Below are positions 38,400 through 47,100 of a stretch of DNA of 64,000 bases, piece after piece (positions within the stretch are counted from its first letter, which is position 1; the number at the start of each line of letters is the position of its first letter). The translations under genes and the position numbers were made by a program. This stretch comes from Patescibacteria group bacterium (GTDB lineage Bacteria; Patescibacteriota; Patescibacteriia; UBA9934; GWF2-40-263). The DNA is taken from NCBI GenBank assembly GCA_004297215.1, contig SCUM01000001.1, positions 289,181 through 353,180 of the forward strand. Reading direction: 5' to 3'. The notes under the pieces were generated by a model, which worked only from the letters and a program-made list of their open reading frames with translations, was not told where the DNA came from and made no database searches.

Positions 38400-39779
38400 T
38401 TAGGCCGTCGTAACCGGCAGCTCGATCCAAAACGTGCTTCCCTTCCCCTCCTCGCTTTCGAATCCGATCCTGCCCCCGTGTTGTTCCACGAAATACTTGG
38501 AGATGTACAGCCCGAGGCCCGAGGAATCGGGTTTCATGGTGGAGGCGTTCGATGCGCGGAATAAGCGGTTGAACACGCGCGGCTGCTCCACCGCCGGGAT
38601 CCCGATGCCGGTGTCCTTCATGCTGAAGCGGATCGCGCCGTCGCGGTACTCGAGATTCGCGTCCACGCGGCCTTTTTCGGGAGTGTAGGTGACCGCGTTG
38701 TCCATGATCTTGGCGAAGACGTCGCGCAGCTTCTCGCCGTCGCCCTGGAGCGCGGGGAGCGGCGCGCTCGGCGGCGCGTACTCGCAGACGAGGTCCTTGA
38801 GCGTGCAGCGTTTCTTCCACTCGGCCAGCACCCCGTTCCAGATGGTTTCCACGGACACGGTCTCCTTGGAAACGAGGGCGCGCCCCTCCTCGATGTCCAT
38901 GGCCGTGAGCAGGTCGCGGATGCGGGAAATCACGTCGGTGTTGGCGTCGTAGGTGACGCGCAAGAACTCCTTCTGCTCGGCCTTGAGCGGCCCGAGCTGC
39001 TCGTTGAGCAGCGCCTCGATGTTCCAGCGGATGGCGTTGAGCGGGGTGCGGAACTGGTGCGTGACGATGCGGATGAACTTGTCCTTGAGCTGGTCGAGCT
39101 CCCTGATCCTCATCTGGGCCTTCTTCTCCTCGGTGACGTCCTGCACGGTGCCGTCCATTTCCAACGGCGTGCCGTCCTTCCCGTACGACACCTCGGCGCG
39201 CTCGTGCACGACGACGACGCTCCCGTCCGGGCGTACGACGCGATGCTCGATGTCGTACGGCGCATGCCCGCGGATCGACGCGTCGACGGCGCGCTTCACG
39301 AGATCGCGATCCTCGGGATGCACGCGCGCGAGGAACGCGTCGTAGGTGGGCTTGAACTCGCCCGGAGATGTTCCGAACATGCGATAGATCTCATCGGTCC
39401 ACGCGAGCGTCCCCGTAGGCACGTCCCATCGCCACGCCCCGATGTGCGCGAGGCGCTCGGCGTTTTGTAGCATCAGGTTGGTAGTCGTCGAATCCTTCTG
39501 GGACGCGAGCGCGTCGTCGAGCGCGTTGAGCATCGCAGTCCGCGCGTCCTGGAGTTCCTTCGTCTTGAGACGGAGCTTTTCGGCCTCCTCGGAAAGCCGT
39601 TTTTCGCGCTCGCGCCCTTCACGCGAGGAAATCTCGAGCGAACGATCCATGAGCGCGCGGTCCTCGTCAGCGCCCTCGTACGAACGGCTGACGGCCTCAA
39701 GCAACGGCCGGCATTCTTCCGGCACGGTCTCCAAGGTCCCGAAGGCCTTGCGCAGCTGTCGCTCGAGCAGCGGATGCAT
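38400..39779 (-). CDS. Cytoplasmic PAS sensor histidine kinase
   Basis: MHPLLERQL N-terminus, PAS_3 (IGAWRWD..VHPEDR), HQFRTPL, DTGIGI, GLGLYI. Confidence 0.9.
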   Translation of the reverse strand: MHPLLERQLRKAFGTLETVPEECRPLLEAVSRSYEGADEDRALMDRSLEISSREGREREKRLSEEAEKLRLKTKELQDARTAMLNALDDALASQKDSTTTNLMLQNAERLAHIGAWRWDVPTGTLAWTDEIYRMFGTSPGEFKPTYDAFLARVHPEDRDLVKRAVDASIRGHAPYDIEHRVVRPDGSVVVVHERAEVSYGKDGTPLEMDGTVQDVTEEKKAQMRIRELDQLKDKFIRIVTHQFRTPLNAIRWNIEALLNEQLGPLKAEQKEFLRVTYDANTDVISRIRDLLTAMDIEEGRALVSKETVSVETIWNGVLAEWKKRCTLKDLVCEYAPPSAPLPALQGDGEKLRDVFAKIMDNAVTYTPEKGRVDANLEYRDGAIRFSMKDTGIGIPAVEQPRVFNRLFRASNASTMKPDSSGLGLYISKYFVEQHGGRIGFESEEGKGSTFWIELPVTTA

Positions 39780-39786
39780 ACGGCCT

Positions 39787-40932
39787 TCAGGCCTCGCGCA
39801 GCGTGGTGACGGTCATGGTCTGATTGTGCAGCCGGCACTGCTTCTCGGTCGCCGCCGAGGGCGAAATCTCGCCGTAAGAGTAGAACCCGCAGCTGGCGGC
39901 CTGCTCCCCGACCGCCGCGCGCACGGCCTCTATCTCCTCCTCCACGCGCTCCTTGAGCACGAGCTTGCGGCCCACGCAGCTCACGAGCACCGCAAGCTCG
40001 GCCTGCCCGTTGTCCAATCCTTCGATCCCCATCTTTCCCGCTCCGGATGCGCCGTCCACCAACCGGTCGAAATTCGCCTTCATGAGCCGCGCCAGCGCCC
40101 CTTGTGGCATGTCCCCGGCAAAGGTAAGGCTCTGCGCCTTCTCGTCGACGGCCAACAGCGTGCGCGTCACTTCTTCTTCTTCTTCTTCTTCTTTGAGCCG
40201 CACCTGCAGCGGGAAGAGCAATCCGCTCCCGGGCAGGTCCTTGGCCTTGTCCCCGAGATATTCCTTGTACAAGGCGAGCGCGGGCTTGCCGTCGATCTCG
40301 TAGAGCACGTTCCCTTCCGAACGCGTGATCACGCGCTCGGGCCCGAACGGGTCCCAGCCGCCCAGCGACCCGTGGCCCACGCGCAGCTGCGCGCCGTACA
40401 ACCCCACGAGCACGATCTGTCCCTCCGTTGCCGGGGCATCGAGCCCCACCAGCGTCTTCTTGAAATCCGCCCCGTCGCCCGAAAGCCCGCCTGTGACGGC
40501 CACGCCCTTGGGAAGCGCGCCGGCGAGCCCGCGCACGAGCCGCGTGCCGTTCACGCGCAATCCGTCGGAAAACACCATGGCGTGGACCAACCCCTCGTGC
40601 GGGAGGCACTGGCCGAGCTTGCGCCCCACTTCCTCGCTTTGCGCCGCATCCGAGATGGATTCCGCGCACGCGCGCACGGAGGAAGAGCGGAACCGCACGG
40701 CCGTGACCGAGAGCGACCCGTCGAGCACCTGCGCGCCGTGGATCTCCCCGGCCGTGGAGCAGCTCACGACATGCGCGTCCGGGTACATCGCCTTGAGTTC
40801 GGGATAGGTCGCGCTGTCCTCGAGCTTGGCGCGCGCGCCGAAGGCGAGCACGAGGTGCGCGCTTCCGGAAAGCTTCCCGGTGGCCGGTTTCCATCCGGTT
40901 TCCGCGGTCCACTGTTTCTGTTCTATCTCCAT
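39787..40932 (-). CDS. FIST-domain (NosP-like) sensor protein
   Basis: CSTAGEI, GGLSGD, GWDPFG..ITRSEGNVLYEIDG, SCVGR, GFYSYGEI and LHNQT. Confidence 0.92.
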   Translation of the reverse strand: MEIEQKQWTAETGWKPATGKLSGSAHLVLAFGARAKLEDSATYPELKAMYPDAHVVSCSTAGEIHGAQVLDGSLSVTAVRFRSSSVRACAESISDAAQSEEVGRKLGQCLPHEGLVHAMVFSDGLRVNGTRLVRGLAGALPKGVAVTGGLSGDGADFKKTLVGLDAPATEGQIVLVGLYGAQLRVGHGSLGGWDPFGPERVITRSEGNVLYEIDGKPALALYKEYLGDKAKDLPGSGLLFPLQVRLKEEEEEEEVTRTLLAVDEKAQSLTFAGDMPQGALARLMKANFDRLVDGASGAGKMGIEGLDNGQAELAVLVSCVGRKLVLKERVEEEIEAVRAAVGEQAASCGFYSYGEISPSAATEKQCRLHNQTMTVTTLREA

Positions 40933-40946
40933 ACGTCCCGTGGGAA

Positions 40947-42653
40947 TCAGGCGCCGGGCTTATCGCCGGTCGTCGCGTGTGGCGTCGCCGTGCCTGGCGA
41001 GGCATCCGCGCCCTCGGCCTGCGCCAGCCGCTTCTTGAGCTCGGCCATGCGCAGCTCGCGGCCCACCAAGTGCGCGTTCACGCGCTCGAGCTCGCGTTTT
41101 TCCGCTTCCAGCTCGCGGACGCGGTCGGCGACTTCCTTTTCCAGGCGTTGTGCGTACGAGCGCTGTTCCTCGGCGAGCCGCTTTTGCTGCGTCACGTCCT
41201 CGAGGATGAGCAGCGCCTCAAGCGCCTTGCGCCCGGCAAGCGGCGTGCCCGTGAGACGGAACGCCCGCCCGTCCGCTCCGGGAATCTCCCGCTCGAAGGG
41301 CGCTCCGGCGAGCGCGCCGCGCAGCTCCCCTTCGAGCGCGCGTTCCCGGCACCAGGCCGAGGCAAGCAGGCCGTCGCCTTCCATGACCCCGGTCCATTCC
41401 TTCGCGCGGGCGTTCGCGGACGCGACCGTCCCGTCGGCGGCGACCGTGATGATCCCCACCGGCGCCTGGGTGAACACGGCCTCGTAGAGCTGGTTGAGGC
41501 TGCCGAAATACTCGTCCAGGCGCTCGGCCATGGCGTTGACCCCCTGCGCGGCCTGGCCGATCTCGTCACGCTTGATGTCGGCGGCCGGCACGCGCGCGCC
41601 GAACTTCCCTTGCGCGAGCTCCTTGATGACCGCCGTGCACGCGCCCACGCGCCGGCCCATCACCACGCTCAACCCCACGCCCAACGAGGCCGAGAACGCC
41701 AAGGTGACGAACAGCACGAGCGCGTTCTGCGCGCGCGCCGCGCGCGCGGCCGCGTCCACTTCGGTCGTGTCGATTTCCGAGACGAGCGTCCACCATCTGC
41801 CCGCCTGGCAGCGCGAGGCGCCGATCACGGGCACACCGCGGTAGTCGATCCACTCTCCGGACGCGGATTCGCCGGCCTCGCGACATCGTCGCACCGGCTC
41901 GGTGTCGACCTTGACCTTGAGCACCACATCCGGGACGAAACGCGACGGAGTGACGAAATGGCCGTCCGCGTTCACCAGATAGGTCTCGAAGGTCGACTCG
42001 GGACGATCGGAAAGGATCTCTCCCAACAGCGCGGTGAGGTCGCGCGCCGAGACATGCAGCACGAGCACGCCGCCCGGCGTGCCTGCCTCCTTGGCGAGCG
42101 GGGCGGAAAAATGCAGGGTCGGCTCGGAGGGGTGTCCTTGCTCGTCACCCTCGAGGACGACGAAGCCGTTTGTCACGGTCTCCACGAACGAGGCGGCCAT
42201 GGCCCGGCGCCAGGCGTATTCGTATTCCAATTCCTCGGCGCTCTCGCTGTGTCCCACCCGCAGCGGCTCGGACGAGGCCACCACGCGCCCGTCGGCGTCG
42301 AACACTTCGGCAATCAGGATGGAACGATCGAGCGGCATCTTGAAGTCGCGCAAATACGCGCCGAGCTCGCGCGAGGCCTCCTGCGCCTCCGGGCTCTCCC
42401 TCGGCAGCGCGGCGATACGCGCGATCAGGGCGTTGATATGCCCGTCCGACGACCAATCGGACGCGCGCTTGGCGAGCCCGTCGAGGTACAGCGTGACGGA
42501 ACGCTCGGCAAGCTCCGCCGTGACGGCCACGTGCTCCGCGAACTTGTCCTCCACGCCCTGCCGGATGGTCCCCAGGCTCACGCCGAACACCACGAGGAGC
42601 GGGACGACCCCCGAAAGCACGAAGGCGAGGACGAGCTTGGAGCGGATGCGCAT
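40947..42653 (-). CDS. Membrane sensor (Cache-HAMP-PAS) without an output domain
   Basis: Two TM, DYRGVPVIG, DEIGQ..NAM HAMP, PAS; ends in GRELRMAELKK coil with no H-box. Confidence 0.8.
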   Translation of the reverse strand: MRIRSKLVLAFVLSGVVPLLVVFGVSLGTIRQGVEDKFAEHVAVTAELAERSVTLYLDGLAKRASDWSSDGHINALIARIAALPRESPEAQEASRELGAYLRDFKMPLDRSILIAEVFDADGRVVASSEPLRVGHSESAEELEYEYAWRRAMAASFVETVTNGFVVLEGDEQGHPSEPTLHFSAPLAKEAGTPGGVLVLHVSARDLTALLGEILSDRPESTFETYLVNADGHFVTPSRFVPDVVLKVKVDTEPVRRCREAGESASGEWIDYRGVPVIGASRCQAGRWWTLVSEIDTTEVDAAARAARAQNALVLFVTLAFSASLGVGLSVVMGRRVGACTAVIKELAQGKFGARVPAADIKRDEIGQAAQGVNAMAERLDEYFGSLNQLYEAVFTQAPVGIITVAADGTVASANARAKEWTGVMEGDGLLASAWCRERALEGELRGALAGAPFEREIPGADGRAFRLTGTPLAGRKALEALLILEDVTQQKRLAEEQRSYAQRLEKEVADRVRELEAEKRELERVNAHLVGRELRMAELKKRLAQAEGADASPGTATPHATTGDKPGA

Positions 42654-42705
42654 GGGACGCAATCACGGCGCTAATCGCGCCCATCATAGCACGTTTCGCG
42701 CGCCG

Positions 42706-43542
42706 TCAAGAAACGTACACCCTCCGCGACGGCGGGATCGAGGCAATCGCCCGCTCGATGAGCGGCGCGACGGAAACTTGGGAAACCCACGCGGCGGGCG
42801 GACGCGTCGCGACCGTGTCCGTCACGATGATCTCGCGCACGCCCAGGCCGTGCAGCCTCTTCCAGGCCTCTCCGGCGAACAGCCCGTGCGTGACGCAAAT
42901 CAGGAGTTCCTTGGCGCCGGCGCGGCGCAGGCGTTCGCAGGCCGCGACCAGCGTGGAGCCCGTGTCGAGCTGGTCGTCCACGAGCACGCACCGGTTCCCC
43001 ACCGCGCCGACGGGCGCGCCGACCCGGACGCCGCGCGCGGTCCGCGCCTTCTCGAACCGCGTGACGGGACGCTTGTCCTTGAGCGCCCTGGCAACCGCCT
43101 CGCACCGCGCGACGGCGCCGTTGTCCGGAGCGACCAGCGTGGCGTCCTCCCATCCTCGGTCCAGGATCTCCTTCGCGAAAACCGGCGCGGGCGAGAGGGA
43201 AACGATCGGCACGGGGACCAGTTCCCTGTCCCGCAGGCTGTGCAGGTCCACGGTCACGATCCGACCGATGCCGGAGGCGCGGATGAGCTCCCCCAGCCAG
43301 GCGGTCGTGAGGCCAAGCCCCGGCTTCGCCTTGTCCTGGCGCATGTATGCCATGAACGGGATGACGGCCACCACCCGACCAGCCCCTTCCTTCTTGAGCG
43401 TATGCGCGGCAAGGAGCGTCTTAAGCAGGTTCTCGTCCGGAGGAGAAAAAGATCCGAACAGGGCGACCGTTCCGGAGAGCGTCGGGCATCCGGGAAGGTA
43501 CAGCTCCCCGTTCTCATAGCGGCGGAAGGCAAGCGTCGTCAT
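42706..43542 (-). CDS. prs: Ribose-phosphate pyrophosphokinase-like protein (short N-terminus)
   Basis: YENGE, PFMAYMRQD, VDLHS, VAPDNGA, VDDQLDTGST, THGLF and TDT. Confidence 0.8.
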   Translation of the reverse strand: MTTLAFRRYENGELYLPGCPTLSGTVALFGSFSPPDENLLKTLLAAHTLKKEGAGRVVAVIPFMAYMRQDKAKPGLGLTTAWLGELIRASGIGRIVTVDLHSLRDRELVPVPIVSLSPAPVFAKEILDRGWEDATLVAPDNGAVARCEAVARALKDKRPVTRFEKARTARGVRVGAPVGAVGNRCVLVDDQLDTGSTLVAACERLRRAGAKELLICVTHGLFAGEAWKRLHGLGVREIIVTDTVATRPPAAWVSQVSVAPLIERAIASIPPSRRVYVS

Positions 43543-44168
43543 ACTTGTTTCATCATGGCGACCACCTCTTCGTCGCTCACCTGGTCGAACGCCTCGTAAT
43601 AATTGCCGATGGACCCGAGGAACATCGCCGGCTCGTGCAAGACGACGACCTCGTCAACCTCCTTCCCAAGCTCGCGCAGCGTATCGCGCGCCGCCACCGG
43701 GACCGCGATCACGACGGAAGACGGTTCGCGCGTCCGAAGCTCCGACAACGCCGCCTTCATGGTGAGCCCGGTCGCGATCCCGTCGTCGACCACGATGGCG
43801 GCCTTGCCCTTCACGGGGACGGCCGGTCTCCCGGAGAGGTATCGCTCGCGCCGTCGGCGGGCTTCCTCGCGTTGCCGTCGGACTTCCTCGTCGAACCATT
43901 TCGGATCCGCGGACCGGACTTCGTCCTCCTGACGCACGACGGCGCCCGTTTCCGTCACGGAGGCGATGGCGTATTCGGGGTTGTCCGGATGGCCGATCTT
44001 GCGTGGGATGAGCAGGTCGAGCGGGGCCTTGAGGGCCTTTGCGACCGCGACGCCCAGCACCACGCCCCCGCGCGGCAGGGCGTACACGACGACGGGCTTG
44101 CCGGCATAGGGCCGGAGCGCGTCGACGAGCTGCCGTGCCGCGTCCGCGCGATCCTTGAATCGGGGCAT
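43539..44168 (-). CDS. Phosphoribosyltransferase family protein
   Basis: FKDRADA, LPRGGV, RKIGHP..PE and VDDGIATG. Confidence 0.9.
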   Translation of the reverse strand: MPRFKDRADAARQLVDALRPYAGKPVVVYALPRGGVVLGVAVAKALKAPLDLLIPRKIGHPDNPEYAIASVTETGAVVRQEDEVRSADPKWFDEEVRRQREEARRRRERYLSGRPAVPVKGKAAIVVDDGIATGLTMKAALSELRTREPSSVVIAVPVAARDTLRELGKEVDEVVVLHEPAMFLGSIGNYYEAFDQVSDEEVVAMMKQV

Positions 44169-44179
44169 AGGTCGATACC

Positions 44180-47100
44180 CTATTGGCCCGAAGCGGCAGG
44201 GGCAGATCGGACGAACGCGTTCAGGGCCGCCCTCGTAAGCGGTCCGACCAGGCCGATGGGCGGGATGTTCTTCAATGCCTGAAACGCGGCGACGGCGCGC
44301 TGGGTGATCGGTCCATAGGTGCCGGAGGCGGACACGTCTTCTGGGAAATGCTTGAGGCACCGAAGGATCTCCTGCAGTCGTACGACCGCGTCACCGACGT
44401 TCCCAGGGCCGAGGTTCGAGGTGAACGGCGAGGACAGGACGCAGGCGGAGGCCACCGGCTCGGGGGCCCTAGCCTCGACGCACATGGCCGGATCGTCCTT
44501 CGCGTTGATCGTGCGGATGCTCCCCGCGGCCTCGTGGGTGTCGTTCCAGACCACCCGATCGAGCTTCGGCTCCCCGCGCAAGGACACCTGGAGCGCCAGG
44601 CGGTGGTGCCAGGCGGCGTCCAGTTCGAGCAGTTCGAACGTGACGGCGGAACAGTCGCGTGTATCGACTAGGACGCGGACGTCGTTGTAGTCGAAATCCC
44701 GTCCGGAATCCTCGAACCCGACGATGGTCCTGCCGTCGGCGGCGGGCGTCACGCGGACGTACGGCGTCCCCATATGCCGTTCGGTCCCGTCCGGGTTCAC
44801 GATGTACAGGTCGTACCCGACCTCGTCGCACGCGACCTCGCACGGCGCTGGCAGAGCGTCCGCAGCGGGGACGGACGGAGGAGGCTCGACGTCGGTCGTG
44901 GGCGGAAGCGGCGGGAGGACGCCGGCAGGATCGACGTAGGGTTCTTCCACGTCCTCGACGATCGGAAGGATCGCCCCGACGACGTACGCGCCGTCCTCGT
45001 TGGCGTCGATGAGCGCGTACTGGCCGATGCCAAGATGCGAATCCGGCCAGATGAGCAGGTCACTCACGAGCGCTCCCGCGTTGGACAAGGCGATGCGCAC
45101 GTTGTGGAGCCACCCGGCGTCCACCGCGAGCACGGTCACCACGATCCTGGTCCAGTCCGAGTAGTCCACCCGGATCACGACGTCGTCGAAGTCGAAGTCC
45201 GATCCCTTGTCCTCGAACCGGATGATGTCCACGGTGTCGCTCACGCGCTCGACGCGCGCGTACCGCGGGTCGGTCATGTGGCGCTCGGTCCCGTCGGGAT
45301 TCACGATGTAGATGTCGTAGGACGCGGCGGAGAAGTCGACGTCCGGCGGGGCGGGTTGCGACGGCACGGGTTCGGTCACGGGGCTCGGCGGCGGAAGTTC
45401 GCTCGTCGTCTCCGGCGCGGACGGTTCCGGGGAGGTCGTCGTCCCGGTGTCGGATCCGGGATTGCTCGGAGGGTTCACGACGATGCTCCCTCCCCCGCTG
45501 CGCCGGGTGATTGAGAAGGAGATGTCCGTGGCGTCCGCAGCGGCATACGTCCCGTCGGCGTCGATGTCCGCATCGATGGTGCAGGTGCCAGCCGCGACGA
45601 ACGTGACGATGCCGGTGGTCGAGCCGATGGTGCACACTCCGGTCGTGGTGCTCGTGTACGTCTTGGTACCGGCTCCAGCGGAAGCGGTGGACGTGATGGT
45701 CGGCTCCGCTTCGGTGATCAGGTAACTCGACTCGTACGAGCCCGCGTCGATGGTGAGCGTGCGGGCGGCGAGGGTCACGCTGAAGGAGATGTCCGTGGCG
45801 TCGGCCGTGTCATAGGTGCCGTCGGCGTCGATGTCCGCATCGATGGTGCAGGTGCCGGCGGACACGAACGTGACGATCCCCGTGGTGGAACCGATGGTGC
45901 ACACGCCGGTCGTGGTGCTCGTGTACGTCTTGGTACCGGCTCCAGCGGAAGCGGTGGACGTGATGGTCGGAGGCGTGTCCGTGAGCTCGTAGCTGGCGAC
46001 GTACGAGCCCGCGTCGATGGTGAGCGTGCGGGCGGCGAGGGTCACGCTGAAGGAGATGTCCGTGGCGTCGGCCGCGTCGTAGGTGCCGTCGGCGTCGATG
46101 TCGGCGTCGATGGTGCAGGTGCCGGCCGCGACGAAGGTGACGATACCTGTGGTGGAACCGATGGTGCAGACGCCGGTCGTGGTGCTCGTGTAGCTCTTCG
46201 TCCCCGTTCCGGCGGAGGCGGTCGACGTGATGGTGGGCGGGGTGTCCGTGAGCGAATAGCTGGAGACGTACGAGCCTGCGTCGATCGTGAGCGTGCGGGC
46301 GGCCAAGGTGACCGAGAACGAAATGTCCGTCGCGTCGGCCGTGTCATAGGTGCCGTCGGCGTCGATGTCGGCGTCGATGGTGCAGGTGCCGGCCGCGACG
46401 AAGGTGACGATGCCGGTCGTTGATCCGATTGTACAGACGCCTGTGGTCGTGCTCGTGTACGTCTTCGTTCCCGTCCCGGCGGAGGCGGTCGACGTGATGG
46501 TCGGGGGCGTGTCCGTCATGGAGTAACTGGCCACGTACGAGCCCGCGTCGATGGTGAGAGTGCGGGCGGCCAGCGTCACCGAGAACGAGATGTCCGTCGC
46601 GTCGGCCGTGTCATAGGTGCCGTCGCTCGCGATGTCGGCATCGATCGTGCAGGTGCCGGCCGCGACGAAGGTGACGATGCCGGTGGTCGAGCCGATGGTG
46701 CACACGCCAGTCGTGGTACTCGTGTACGTCTTGGTGCCGGCTCCAGCGGAAGCGGTGGACGTAATCGTCGGCGGCGTGTCCGTGAGCGTGTAGCTCGCGA
46801 CGTACGAGCCGGCGTCGATGGTGAGGGTACGGGACGCCAGGCTCGTGGTGAAGTTCAGGATGGATCCTTCGAACGCGGTCGTGCAAGAGACGTTCGGATA
46901 CGTGCCGGTGAGCGCGCTCGTGCACGCGCGGATCTTGAAATAATAGGTGATCCCGGAGGTGAGGCCGGTCACGGCATAGCTGAACGGCTGGGTGGACGAC
47001 CCGCCGGCCGTGAGCGCGGCCGTGCCGGTGCCGTCGTCGACGGTGACGGTCGTCGTCCCGGAAGAAAGATCCGAGACGGTGCCGTACACGAACTGGATGC

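Noticed and set aside
45506-46837. CRISPR array
   Set aside because: 267-bp in-frame coding repeats without unique spacers; no cas genes seen
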